A stretch of 63,586 bases of DNA, filler included, from Octopus bimaculoides (taxonomy: Eukaryota), in NCBI RefSeq assembly GCF_001194135.2. It is 6 parts of 6 records of this genome, joined end to end, with 100 filler letters (N's around TTAATTAATTAA, not from the genome) between each part and the next. Parts side by side here need not be neighbours in the genome. Positions count along the whole stretch, not along the records: positions 48,099 to 56,686 come from NC_069008.1; positions 56,787 to 61,549 come from NW_026381068.1; 4 more parts are not named here. One strand, written 5' to 3'. Under the pieces are notes generated by a model. That model ran no database searches. It saw only the letters and a program-made list of their open reading frames with translations, and was not told the DNA's origin. This document shows, piece after piece, positions 48,810 to 61,549 of this stretch; within the stretch, counting starts at the first letter, position 1; every line of letters begins with the position of its first letter. Made by a program: the position numbers and the translations under genes.

Positions 48810-49073
48810 ATTTATAGCATTATGTGCTTTGAGATCCAGTTCCAAAAATGAATTATTTCACATTCTCTCAAAAGTTTATAAATTCTTATGGTAGCAACAA
48901 CACAGTTCTTGCTAGAAAGATGAAAGTTTCTAAAATGGATAAAGAAATTTGAAGGCTTCAGTACAATGACAGAATTCCTATCATGCTTACAAGAGGGGTA
49001 GGTTTGAGGCCTATGGGCTGCCTTCAATTTTTTCTATCCCAAGGGGGTTTTTCAACTCAATATTTACATTCTG

Positions 49074-49403
49074 TGAAGGCGCATGGCTCAGTGGTTAGAG
49101 CATGGAGCTTACGATCGTAAGATTGTGAGTTCAAATCACGGACCAAGCTGCACGTTGTGTTCTTGAGCAAGTAAGTAGTTTCTCATCCCCTCTCCATGCC
49201 ACCAGTGTTATCCAAGGGAAAGGCAAAGGGGCCGATACAGCTTGGCACCTGTGATGTCGCAACTCATTTCTACAGCAGAGTGAACGAAAGCAACAGGAAA
49301 TAAAGTGTCTTGCTCAAGAACACAACACGCAGCTCAATCCGTCGGGGATTCGAACCTCACGATCGTAAGCTCGACGCTCTAACCACTGAGCCATGCGCCT
49401 TCA
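49074..49403. mobile_element. Two SINE D copies in convergent orientation (+49074-49172, -49175-49403)
   Basis: Both carry the head gaaggcgcatggctcagtggttagagc...gttgtgttcttgagcaag. Confidence 0.88.
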
Positions 49404-49987
49404 NNNNNNNNNNNNNNNNNNNNNNNNNNNNNNNNNNNNNNNNNNNNNNNNNNNNNNNNNNNNNNNNNNNNNNNNNNNNNNNNNNNNNNNNNNNNNNNNN
49501 NNNNNNNNNNNNNNNNNNNNNNNNNNNNNNNNNNNNNNNNNNNNNNNNNNNNNNNNNNNNNNNNNNNNNNNNNNNNNNNNNNNNNNNNNNNNNNNNNNNN
49601 NNNNNNNNNNNNNNNNNNNNNNNNNNNNNNNNNNNNNNNNNNNNNNNNNNNNNNNNNNNNNNNNNNNNNNNNNNNNNNNNNNNNNNNNNNNNNNNNNNNN
49701 NNNNNNNNNNNNNNNNNNNNNNNNNNNNNNNNNNNNNNNNNNNNNNNNNNNNNNNNNNNNNNNNNNNNNNNNNNNNNNNNNNNNNNNNNNNNNNNNNNNN
49801 NNNNNNNNNNNNNNNNNNNNNNNNNNNNNNNNNNNNNNNNNNNNNNNNNNNNNNNNNNNNNNNNNNNNNNNNNNNNNNNNNNNNNNNNNNNNNNNNNNNN
49901 NNNNNNNNNNNNNNNNNNNNNNNNNNNNNNNNNNNNNNNNNNNNNNNNNNNNNNNNNNNNNNNNNNNNNNNNNNNNNNNNNNNNNNN

Positions 49988-50034
<47 letters not shown>

Positions 50035-50189
50035 GTATATATATGCATATAATGTTTATACTGCCTCTGTCTGTTTCCTCGTTAATGTGCAAGTGTGTAT
50101 AGACATATATTTTTGTATTTGGCAATATTGATTAATCTCCTCCCATCAAAATTCGTTAGACTTGTGCCATTATTGTTATTGTTGTTATT

Positions 50190-50715
50190 GAAGTAGGGGT
50201 TCAAATTCTTCTAATGGTGACTTTGTCTGTCATCCTTTCGGAAGTTGGTACCAGTCAACTACTGGGGTCAATGTAAATGAGCTTGCCCCCTCACCTCAGA
50301 ATTACTGGCCTTGTGCCAAAATCTGAAACCATTATTATTCTTTGCTACTCTAGGCACAAGGCCCGAAATTTTGGGGGAGGGGGCTAGTCAATTAGATCGA
50401 CGCCAGCACGCAACTGGTACTTAATTTTTCGACCCCGAAAGGATAAAAGGCAAAGTTGACTTCGGTGGAATTTGAACTCACAACGTAAAGACAGACGAAC
50501 TACCACTAAGCATTTCGCCCGGCATGCTAACGTTTCTGCCAGCTCACTTCCTTTGCCCTTTCTATATTCTTTTCTATCCTGGGCACAAGGCCCGAAATTT
50601 TTGGGGAGGGCGCCAGTCGATTAGATCAACCCCAGTATGCAACTGGTACTTAATGTATCAACTCCAAAAAGGATGAAAGGCAAAGTCAACCGCGGCAGAA
50701 TTTGAACTCAGAACA
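50190..50715. mobile_element. Three adjacent SINE B copies (+50190-50335, -50345-50535, -50575-50715)
   Basis: ggcacaaggcccgaaattt...actggtacttaat...aggcaaagttgac occurs twice on minus and once on plus. Confidence 0.85.
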
Positions 50716-53229
50716 TAAAGATAAAGATGATAAAATACTTTGTAAGAATCCGTAATGTGTGTAGATACACCTGTACCTTTGTTTAAAGTTAGTTTTGAAA
50801 ATAGAGAAAAAATTTATTGAAATTACTTTGTCATTAATCTGGTGTTTAACCCTTTTGGTACCAACCTGGCTGAATCAAAATCTTCCACCAAACCTTTGTC
50901 ACAATTTATGTTCCTAACACTAGCTGAATGATAACAAAGTTATTTTACTAAATTCTTTGTTATATTCAAAATTAATTGAAAGAAACACAGAGCATCTCNN
51001 NNNNNNNNNNNNNNNNNNNNNNNNNNNNNNNNNNNNNNNNNNNNNNNNNNNNNNNNNNNNNNNNNNNNNNNNNNNNNNNNNNNNNNNNNNNNNNNNNNNN
51101 NNNNNNNNNNNNNNNNNNNNNNNNNNNNNNNNNNNNNNNNNNNNNNNNNNNNNNNNNNNNNNNNNNNNNNNNNNNNNNNNNNNNNNNNNNNNNNNNNNNN
51201 NNNNNNNNNNNNNNNNNNNNNNNNNNNNNNNNNNNNNNNNNNNNNNNNNNNNNNNNNNNNNNNNNNNNNNNNNNNNNNNNNNNNNNNNNNNNNNNNNNNN
51301 NNNNNNNNNNNNNNNNNNNNNNNNNNNNNNNNNNNNNNNNNNNNNNNNNNNNNNNNNNNNNNNNNNNNNNNNNNNNNNNNNNNNNNNNNNNNNNNNNNNN
51401 NNNNNNNNNNNNNNNNNNNNNNNNNNNNNNNNNNNNNNNNNNNNNNNNNNNNNNNNNNNNNNNNNNNNNNNNNNNNNNNNNNNNNNNNNNNNNNNNNNNN
51501 NNNNNNNNNNNNNNNNNNNNNNNNNNNNNNNNNNNNNNNNNNNNNNNNNNNNNNNNNNNNNNNNNNNNNNNNNNNNNNNNNNNNNNNNNNNNNNNNNNNN
51601 NNNNNNNNNNNNNNNNNNNNNNNNNNNNNNNNNNNNNNNNNNNNNNNNNNNNNNNNNNNNNNNNNNNNNNNNNNNNNNNNNNNNNNNNNNNNNNNNNNNN
51701 NNNNNNNNNNNNNNNNNNNNNNNNNNNNNNNNNNNNNNNNNNNNNNNNNNNNNNNNNNNNNNNNNNTCTCTCTTTCCTCTTTAAAAAAAAATTTTTTTTT
51801 TTCGTTTTTTTTTCTTTTCTTTTTTTCTCCCTCTCTTTTCCTTCAATTTAAACTTTCATCACAGTTTCAAGCCTCCAAGACAGACAGTCTGTGTTTATCG
51901 TACATTGATCTTTCTTGTACTTACTGCAACAACAAACAACAACAACAACAACAACAACAGCAGAATTAGTGCCAACGGTAACAACAACAACAACAACAAA
52001 CAACAACAACATTGGCAGTAACATCAGAAACCTTATAAATCTATCGCCGTTATCATCAACATCATCATCATCGTCATCATCGTAGTCTGCGTCAGCGCCA
52101 GCATCATCGTTGTTGCTACAACCATTGATCTATGTTGTATGACAACAACATCGACAACAGCAACAACAACAACAACAACAACAATGGCAATAACTCCATC
52201 TGCATTATCAACAGAGGAAGCCCTATGAAAGATTGATCTCTGATCGTTGCTTGTTATTCTTATACTACAACCACCACCACCACCAGCACCACCACCACAA
52301 CCACCACCAGCACCACCACCACTACCACTACCACCAGCACCACCGTCACCACAATTACCACCACCACNNNNNNNNNNNNNNNNNNNNNNNNNNNNNNNNN
52401 NNNNNNNNNNNNNNNNNNNNNNNNNNNNNNNNNNNNNNNNNNNNNNNNNNNNNNNNNNNNNNNNNNNNNNNNNNNNNNNNNNNNNNNNNNNNNNNNNNNN
52501 NNNNNNNNNNNNNNNNNNNNNNNNNNNNNNNNNNNNNNNNNNNNNNNNNNNNNNNNNNNNNNNNNNNNNNNNNNNNNNNNNNNNNNNNNNNNNNNNNNNN
52601 NNNNNNNNNNNNNNNNNNNNNNNNNNNNNNNNNNNNNNNNNNNNNNNNNNNNNNNNNNNNNNNNNNNNNNNNNNNNNNNNNNNNNNNNNNNNNNNNNNNN
52701 NNNNNNNNNNNNNNNNNNNNNNNNNNNNNNNNNNNNNNNNNNNNNNNNNNNNNNNNNNNNNNNNNNNNNNNNNNNNNNNNNNNNNNNNNNNNNNNNNNNN
52801 NNNNNNNNNNNNNNNNNNNNNNNNNNNNNNNNNNNNNNNNNNNNNNNNNNNNNNNNNNNNNNNNNNNNNNNNNNNNNNNNNNNNNNNNNNNNNNNNNNNN
52901 NNNNNNNNNNNNNNNNNNNNNNNNNNNNNNNNNNNNNNNNNNNNNNNNNNNNNNNNNNNNNNNNNNNNNNNNNNNNNNNNNNNNNNNNNNNNNNNNNNNN
53001 NNNNNNNNNNNNNNNNNNNNNNNNNNNNNNNNNNNNNNNNNNNNNNNNNNNNNNNNNNNNNNNNNNNNNNNNNNNNNNNNNNNNNNNNNNNNNNNNNNNN
53101 CACCACCGCCACCACCACCGCCACCACCACCACTAACAACAACAGCAATAACAACAAGAAGAAAAAACCTTATCATACATTGATCTTTCTTGTTTTACAC
53201 AACCACAACAAGAGCAACAACAAGTTATA

Positions 53230-53720
53230 TCAGAGATTCATCATCATCATCATCATAATCATCATCATCAGCAGCATGGTCATAAACATTGTAACAACTG
53301 TCATAACCTTTACTAGCATCATCATCATCGTCATCATCATCATCCTAATCATCGTCATCATCATCATCACCATCACCATCACCATCATCGTCATCATCGT
53401 CATCGTCATCGTCATCACCATCACCATCATCATCATCGTCATCATCATCACCATCATCGTCATCATCGTCATCGTCATCCTAATCATCATCACCATCATC
53501 ATCCTCGTCATCATCACCATCGTCATCATCATCGTCATCGTCATCGTCATCATTACCATCATCCTAATCATCATCATCGTTACCATCATCATTATCAACA
53601 TCATCATCACCCTCATCATCATCATCATCACCATCGTCGTCATCATCATCACCACTACCATCATCACCATCATCTTCCTCATCATCATCATCACTATCTT
53701 AATCATGATCGTCCTCATTG
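53230..53720. repeat. ~490-bp degenerate (ATC)n triplet array
   Basis: Seen directly. It is the source of the poly-I/M ORFs. Confidence 0.95.
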
Positions 53721-53773
53721 ATTGCTAAATTTCTTCTCTTACCTTCAGGCAACGCGCGCGCGTGCGTGCGTGC

Positions 53774-53847
<74 letters not shown>

Positions 53848-53986
53848 AGCTACATCGACAACAACAACAACATCAACAACCACCTACCTGATCAAACATC
53901 GATCATCAGTCATTGATTGATCGTTATCCTCCGCTCGCATCTAACGAGACATTGTTGCTCCGACAACAAGAACAACTTCCAAACTA

Positions 53987-54381
53987 CACGAGTCAACGAG
54001 GAATCCTCTACGTGGTCACTCAACATGCTAGAAACAGCAGTCAGCTCTTCATCCAATCACATCCAGCTTTCTCATGCATGGATGTATGTATGAACCAATG
54101 AGGAAGACCTCTATGTAGTTGCCAGGTTTGCTAGAAAGAGCAGCCAAATACACTTCGAAATCCCACCTTGCTGTCTTATGTATGAGTATGTATGAGTCAA
54201 CAAGCAAAGACCCCATATGGTAGCTGGATCTATTAGAAATAGCAGTCAAATGCCCCTCAAATCACACTACTGTCATAATAATGTATGAATATGTGTATGA
54301 ACCAATGAGGGAGACCCATATGTAGTAGTCAGGTTTGCTAGAAAGAGCAGTCAAATATTCTTCAAATCACATCTTATGGTC

Positions 54382-54415
<34 letters not shown>

Positions 54416-54605
54416 TAGTCAATACCTGAGAGTCCTATATGATAACTAGACCTGTTAGAAATAAGAGCGAAATCTTTCTTAAAATCACACCCTCCTGTCT
54501 TATGTATGGATACATGTATGAACTGATGAAGAAGACCTCTATGTAGCAGCCAAATTTGGTAGAAAGAGCAGCTAAATATTCTTCAAATCACACCTTACTG
54601 TCATA
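53987..54605 (+). repeat. Tandem array of six ~100-bp monomers derived from the family E head
   Basis: Each unit contains gctagaaa(g/t)agcag(c/t)caaat...aaatcacac. Confidence 0.8.
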
Positions 54606-54615
54606 TATATATATA

Positions 54616-55056
54616 GGCGCAGGAGTGGCTGTGTAGTAAGTAGCTTGCTTACCAACCACATGGTTCTGGGTTCAGTCCCACTCTTTGGCACCTTGGGCAA
54701 GTGTCTTCTACTACAGCTTCAGTCCGACCAAAGCCTTGTGAGTGGATTTGGTAGACGGAAACTGAAAGAAGCCTGTCATATATATATATATANNNNNNNN
54801 NNNNNNNNNNNNNNNNNNNNNNNNNNNNNNNNNNNNNNNNNNNNNNNNNNNNNNNNNNNNNNNNNNNNNNNNNNNNNNNNNNNNNNNATATGTATGTGTG
54901 TATGTGTTTGTGTGTCTGTGTTTGTCCCCCTCAACATCGCTTGACAACCGATGCTGGTGTGTTTACGTCCCCGTAACTTAGCAGTTCGGCAAAAGAGACC
55001 GATAGAATAAGTACTAGGCTTACAAAGAATAAGTCCTGGGGTCGATTTGCTCGACT
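54616..55056 (+). mobile_element. SINE family A with intact head
   Basis: ggcgcaggagtggctgtgtagtaag...ggttcagtccc...ggggtcgatttgctcgact. Confidence 0.93.
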
Positions 55057-55059
55057 CAC

Positions 55060-55470
55060 CCATAAAATTGGTTTCAAATTTTGGCCAGCAATTTTGGAAG
55101 ACAAGCCCCAGTGCTCAACTGGTACTTGTTTCATTGACTTGAAAGGATGAAAAGTAAGGTTGAACTTGGCGAAATTTGAACTCAGATGAAATGGCGCTGA
55201 GCATTTTGGTCAGCGTGTTAACAACTCTACCAGCTTGCTGTTTTTTTTTTTTTTAATAATACTGATTTTAAATTTTGGTATAAATCCAGCAATTTTGGGG
55301 AAGGGATAAAGTTGATTCAATTGAACCCCAGTTCTCAGCTGGTACTAATTTCACCAATCTCAAAGGGATGAAAGGCAAAGCCAGCCTTGGCAGAACTTGA
55401 ATCCAGAATGTAAAGACAGACAAAATACTGCTAAGCATTTTGCCCAGCATGCTAAAGGTTCTACCATCTT
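55060..55470 (-). mobile_element. Two tandem SINE B copies, CpG-decayed
   Basis: Copies at 55060-55240 and 55265-55470. Confidence 0.8.
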
Positions 55471-55748
55471 GTCACTTCACACTTGCTCATACTATTAAAC
55501 AATACGGGTGGAATGTTCCTGTAAAAATCTCAGGAGAATGAAGACATAACAGACCAGTTGTAATGATTTGAGACAGTACAAGGAAAGGGTGTCCCTTTAG
55601 TGTGCAGTCTAACCCTACCTTTAACCTTAATCCTAATACTAATGCTAACACAAGTCCCAAACCCTAACCCCTAATCAGGTAATTTCAGAGTACAGACTAT
55701 GGATACTGTGGTAGACTGAACATTAATGAACCACTAAAGAAAGTGTGT

Positions 55749-56014
55749 GTGGCGGCTCGTGGCTTAGTGGTTAGGGTGTCAGCATCATGATTGTAAGATT
55801 GTGGTTTCGATTCCTGGACCGGGCGATGCATTGTGTTCTTGAGCAAAACACTTCATTTCACGTTGCTCGAGTCCACTCAGCTGGCAAAAATGAGTAACGC
55901 TGCGATGGACTGGCGTCCCATCCAGCTGGGGAACTCACACACGCCATTGAAACCGGGAAAGCGGGCCCATGAGCCTGGCTAGGCTTTAAAAGGGCGCATT
56001 TATTTTCTTTTATT
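55749..56014 (+). mobile_element. SINE family D, full length, with 14-bp TSD
   Basis: taaagaaagtgtgt at 55735-55748 and 56015-56028. tRNA-like head and T-rich tail. Confidence 0.95.
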
Positions 56015-56568
56015 TAAAGAAAGTGTGTACAGCAGTGGAAATCAGATGGAAAAGATAAGGAGATCGGAAAACATCTCTGGCAAACTAATGAGGAATCTGC
56101 AGATATTCTTGTAGCACCTGTAAACCTTTGATTTATACCTGGAATTATTGGAGCATTTTATTATATAACCAGCTGCCTCAGTAGCAATCTTGAGAAGTTA
56201 AACTTCACAAAACCATTAAAGATAATTAACAGATTATGATTACAAGCCATTAATGAAATAGTTGAAATATGGAAAGCAATCTAGAAGTTTAGGCTGTAAT
56301 AACTGTATATAAATTTGCAAAGACACACACATACACACACATGCACACACACAACCACTTGCATGCACACACACAAACACTTGCATGCACACATACACAC
56401 ACACATACACACACACATACACAAACACACACACATGTACAGGCACACACACACACATGCACACACACACACACAAACACACACACATGAACACATGCAC
56501 AAATACATTTATACACAAGTCATAAAAATAAAATACTCATCTACACATAGGTCAGTGTCTGATTAGGT

Positions 56569-56686
56569 AGGTAGACAGGCAGGTAAATAGATAGGTAGAC
56601 AGGTAGGTAAATATATAGGTAGACAGGTAGGTAAATATATAGGTAGACAGGCAGGTAAATATATAGGTAAACAGGTAGGTAACTAT
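56569..56686. repeat. 24-bp minisatellite x~5
   Basis: Unit taggtagacagg(c/t)aggtaaatata. Confidence 0.9.
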
Positions 56687-56786
56687 NNNNNNNNNNNNNN
56701 NNNNNNNNNNNNNNNNNNNNNNNNNNNNNNTTAATTAATTAANNNNNNNNNNNNNNNNNNNNNNNNNNNNNNNNNNNNNNNNNNNN
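56687..56786. other. Artificial scaffold linker 44N-TTAATTAATTAA-44N
   Basis: Same 100-bp structure. Confidence 0.95.
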
Positions 56787-57009
56787 CTCATGACAGCAAA
56801 TTTAGCAGGTAAAATCCAATTTCGTAATTCATACACGGGAATACCGAAGTACATAGGACGACATAATAACACAACATCCAATGTGTAACAAAGTAAAATC
56901 CATATTTCACCATCAGCGTTATTTAAGTCCAAGAAATCAAGGCACACAAGTCGATACATTAAACCGTCAATCCATAATTTAACATCATTTACAATGGATT
57001 ACAAATATA

Positions 57010-57560
57010 GGTCGGAATACAAACACAAAACACAAATCATTCAAATAATACAGTATCAAGACAGAAAGTAGCGTCAAGAATATTTACTCTACGATAATCT
57101 TTACCCATAGTAATGTTTAGTCCTAAATTTTTTAAAAGTCTAAAGAAATTTTTCCTAATCCTTTGTAACTGTACTTTGCTACTTCTGTCCAGAAAAAAAT
57201 AAGACGTCATTCTTATACAGACCCCATTACTTCTGGAAAGGATATATATTCCGACTATGTCAGTGACCTGAGCAGAATCGTATGAGCCCATTGCTATATC
57301 AAATGTATTTTCCCTATCTAATCTACTCCATAATCTACCATCAAAATCTAAAGGAGTGATTCACGCGGCAAGTATAATATCTATTTGCGTCGGGACAAAT
57401 CGGAATTTTTCAAGCTATAAATGAGGGCTTAATTAAGAACGATCGGGTTAATTGTGGCGCAATAGCTCTCTATATCTAGTTGCCAGAATTTACTATTCTT
57501 GCTAATTTCTAGAAGCTTAAACCACCCAACCACCTTTTGAGTATCTAAAATAATGTCTCA
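57010..57560 (-). mobile_element. Decayed Penelope-like RT of a different subgroup from 1-608
   Basis: DTQKVVGWFKLLEISKNSKFWQLDIESY...FDIAMGSYDSAQVTDIVGIYIL...GLNITMGKDYRRVNILDATFCL matches the recalled pattern FDVTMGSYDGAEVCELVG...VNFLDVTL. Confidence 0.8.
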
Positions 57561-57877
57561 TACGAGAAGTGCTTGTGTTACACTCAAAGAAACAAAAACA
57601 TCTGGACGAAGAATCTCGTGCAATTTCAAGGAAGGACAGAAAGAACAAAGGAAATTTCGAAAGTAACTTCAATGGGACTGAACCCGGAACAATGTGGTTG
57701 TGAAGCAAGCTATATTTGTGTGCGAGGGGGCGCGCTGTGTGTGTGTATGTGTGTCCTCACACGTTGATTAACATAATAGTATACATACATATACATATAT
57801 GCACATATATGTGTATGCGTCTGTGTGTACATATATATATATGTATGTGTGTACAAACACACACACACACGCATATA

Positions 57878-57920
<43 letters not shown>

Positions 57921-58506
57921 NNNNNNNNNNNNNNNNNNNNNNNNNNNNNNNNNNNNNNNNNNNNNNNNNNNNNNNNNNNNNNNNNNNNNNNNNNNNNNNN
58001 NNNNNNNNNNNNNNNNNNNNNNNNNNNNNNNNNNNNNNNNNNNNNNNNNNNNNNNNNNNNNNNNNNNNNNNNNNNNNNNNNNNNNNNNNNNNNNNNNNNN
58101 NNNNNNNNNNNNNNNNNNNNNNNNNNNNNNNNNNNNNNNNNNNNNNNNNNNNNNNNNNNNNNNNNNNNNNNNNNNNNNNNNNNNNNNNNNNNNNNNNNNN
58201 NNNNNNNNNNNNNNNNNNNNNNNNNNNNNNNNNNNNNNNNNNNNNNNNNNNNNNNNNNNNNNNNNNNNNNNNNNNNNNNNNNNNNNNNNNNNNNNNNNNN
58301 NNNNNNNNNNNNNNNNNNNNNNNNNNNNNNNNNNNNNNNNNNNNNNNNNNNNNNNNNNNNNNNNNNNNNNNNNNNNNNNNNNNNNNNNNNNNNNNNNNNN
58401 NNNNNNNNNNNNNNNNNNNNNNNNNNNNNNNNNNNNNNNNNNNNNNNNNNNNNNNNNNNNNNNNNNNNNNNNNNNNNNNNNNNNNNNNNNNNNNNNNNNN
58501 NNNNNN

Positions 58507-58552
<46 letters not shown>

Positions 58553-58723
58553 ACACACATGCACATGCAATCACATATATATACACATACATACATACAC
58601 ACACACACACACATTGTTTCCTGTGAAAGGAGCTTTGCACAAATCAAATATTTTTTAGAAATTAATGGAGTCTGAATTGCTATGTAAATATAAATATTTA
58701 TATAATTGAAATAATAATATATA

Positions 58724-58767
<44 letters not shown>

Positions 58768-58989
58768 GCACGCACACACACACACACACATGTGTTTATT
58801 AATTGTGTATGCATGTATCGTGTGTGGATTTTATTTCTTTTATGCGTTTCAGCTATACTGCTACGGCCATCTTGAAGCATCACCGTAATTATGTATCTTT
58901 TTCCCACAACCCCCTTATGGGATTGATTTCTTCTTATCTGGTGGGATTTTCTATCCACTTTTGCATGTGTTTTTTTTCTTTCTGGCTTT

Positions 58990-59400
58990 TGGTTCATTCT
59001 GGTGAATAGGGAAGATTGACACCATTGGCCTCGTCCATACTTCATGTCGGGACGTTGGTTGATCTGGTATCATGGACAGAAGAATGTCTGGTTCCTTTTT
59101 CAAGACATCCATATCTACATTGTTTAGGGTTCTTTGTTCTTTTGGCAGAGCATTGAAGAGTTGGATGCCTTCGAACTTTAACCTATTACCATATCTGGCC
59201 CTCATTTCGGATGGTGTACTAGGCAGTGGCCTCCAATATGGGTGGGCATTTGTACAACTCTTGACGCTGAAGATAGGTGCTAGCCCTTCCAGAATTTTCC
59301 ACTCCTTAATTATTAGATAAATCTCGAATCTTCGCTCCAGGGGTTTAAATCGTGGTTTTTTCAGTCTCACGCTGTTGTTCAATTGCAGCACTTTGACAAT
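58990..59400 (-). mobile_element. CR1/L2-group LINE ORF2 C-terminus
   Basis: LERRFEIYLIIKEWKILEGLAP...NRLKFEGIQLFNALPKEQRTLNNVDMDVLKK..D..LSMIPDQP. Confidence 0.82.
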
Positions 59401-59779
59401 ATTCTAAGTGTAGTAGCGTTGGATCGCTTGAAACTCCGCTGTTAGTTTGGCACTAAGCATTGACCACAACTAGGAGCAATAGCCCAGGGGTCTAAAAACA
59501 AAGGTTTTCCACAGGGTCAGCATGAATTCTTATTTTCTTGTCCTGAAGGACCGTAGTATCCATCCTGCCAATTATCGATACTTTGTTGCTATTTTAGTGA
59601 TGTGCACATCACTGATCCCCAAGTCTCTCATTGTCTATGATTCTGAGATTGCAATGTTTTTTGGTATGTATACTCAGATTGTGGTGTATATGCAGATGAA
59701 CTTTTAAACATATATATACCTTTCTAGTGGTATTTACCTTCTGCAGGGCATCTGTTTGATAGAATATCGTTTGAGTGTT

Positions 59780-59836
59780 TGCAAGTCAAGTGGTGGTGAT
59801 TGCGGTTTTGGTGGTGAAGGTGGAGGTGGTGGTGAT

Positions 59837-59868
<32 letters not shown>

Positions 59869-59930
59869 AGGTGATGACGGCGGCGGAGGTGATGGCGGTG
59901 GTGGTGGTGGCGATGGTGGTGGTGGTTTCT
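59780..59930. repeat. (GGT)n/(GGC)n compound triplet repeat
   Basis: Seen directly. Confidence 0.9.
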
Positions 59931-60477
59931 CCTCAGCTCATCCATCATGCAGAATAACCCACGATCAAAGCCATTTACTCAACGATCTTCACGTTTTAGT
60001 TCCACTACGGACTACAATATTCGATATTCTTTGGAATAGAATGTGACTTAAAAACAGCAAAGAAACAAACACTTAAAAGGATCAACTCTAAAGTCACTCA
60101 ATCTGTTAGAATTAGTAATGAAATCCCCCTGAAATCGCCTCCTACTCTCTAAGAAAGTATAACACGCTGGTGTTACATGTCTAAAGCATATGTATGAATA
60201 TATATTTATGAGTGTGCATATGCATGTTTGTGCACGTGAACATATATATGGGATCAATACTAAATTAGTGGGGGCGGGCATAAGAAAAGGTATTTACAGC
60301 ATCAAAGATTGAAATAGTTCCCTTAAAGCCAAACAGCTAAATTCTTTGCAATAAATTAGTTGATTTGCGTTACCTTATACTTTTATTATATTAATCTTGT
60401 CAGTAGTGTTCTGAGAATGTATGCTGATATATACATTTTTGAGCAGACATACACGTATAAATATTATACACACACAT

Positions 60478-60785
60478 GTTGTTGTTGGCACTCCGTCGCT
60501 TACGACGTCGAGGGTTCCAGTTGATCCGATCACTGGAACAGACTGCTCGTGAAATTAACGTGCAAGTGGCTGAGCACTCCACAGACACGTGTACCCTTAA
60601 CGTAGTTCTCGGGGATATTCAGCGTGACACAGTGTGACAAGGCTGACCCTTTGAATTACAGGCACAACAGAAACAGGAAGTAAGAGTGAGAGAAAGTTGT
60701 GGTGAAAGAGCACAGCAGGGTTCGCCACCATCCCCTGCCGGAGCCTTGTGGAGCTTTAGGTGTTTTCGCTCAATAAACACTCACA
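60478..60785 (-). mobile_element. SINE family C, young, 3' portion
   Basis: Near-identical to 4341-4658. Ends at a gap. Confidence 0.93.
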
Positions 60786-61085
60786 NNNNNNNNNNNNNNN
60801 NNNNNNNNNNNNNNNNNNNNNNNNNNNNNNNNNNNNNNNNNNNNNNNNNNNNNNNNNNNNNNNNNNNNNNNNNNNNNNNNNNNNNNNNNNNNNNNNNNNN
60901 NNNNNNNNNNNNNNNNNNNNNNNNNNNNNNNNNNNNNNNNNNNNNNNNNNNNNNNNNNNNNNNNNNNNNNNNNNNNNNNNNNNNNNNNNNNNNNNNNNNN
61001 NNNNNNNNNNNNNNNNNNNNNNNNNNNNNNNNNNNNNNNNNNNNNNNNNNNNNNNNNNNNNNNNNNNNNNNNNNNNNNNNNNNNN

Positions 61086-61280
61086 NGGGGGGGGGTCTGA
61101 GTTGTTCGATACCCGGCGGTGCGTTGTGTCCTTGAGCAAGACACTTTATTTCACGTTGTCCCAGTCCACTCAGCCAGCAAATTGAGTTGTACTTGTATTT
61201 CATAGGATTAGCCTTGTTACATTCTGTTTGACACTGAATTTTCCCACGAACTACATTAAGTGTAAGCATGTCTGTAATGG
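61086..61280 (+). mobile_element. SINE with D-type 5' region and C-type 3' region
   Basis: ttgtgtccttgagcaagacactttatttcacgttg..ccactcagc (D), then agccttgttacattctg...gaactacattaag...tgtctgt (C-like). Confidence 0.7.
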
Positions 61281-61434
61281 TAACAACAGAAATGTAAAGA
61301 CGGGGCTTTAGAAGGCCGAAAAGAAATACAAACACTTTTTCAACTTAAGGAGCACCAAATTTCCGTGACATCACAGTATGGCGACCAAAATAATAATGGT
61401 TTAAAATTTTTCCACACGAACAACAAACATTTGG

Positions 61435-61549
61435 GATAGCCGATGAATCGATTACATCGACCCCAGTATTTTACTGGTACTTAATTTATCAACCCCGAGA
61501 GGTTGAAAGGCAAAGTCGACCTCGGCGGAATTTGAACTCAGAACGTAAC
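61435..61549 (-). mobile_element. SINE family B, CpG-intact
   Basis: aaaggcaaagtcgacctcggcggaatttgaactcagaacgtaac. Confidence 0.88.

Noticed and set aside
52033-53728. Long ORFs (316-493 aa) in the track
   Set aside because: They consist of N gaps and triplet repeats. The same applies to the X-rich ORFs at 11.6, 30.6, 40.1, 49.3, 51.0, 57.7 and 60.7 kb.
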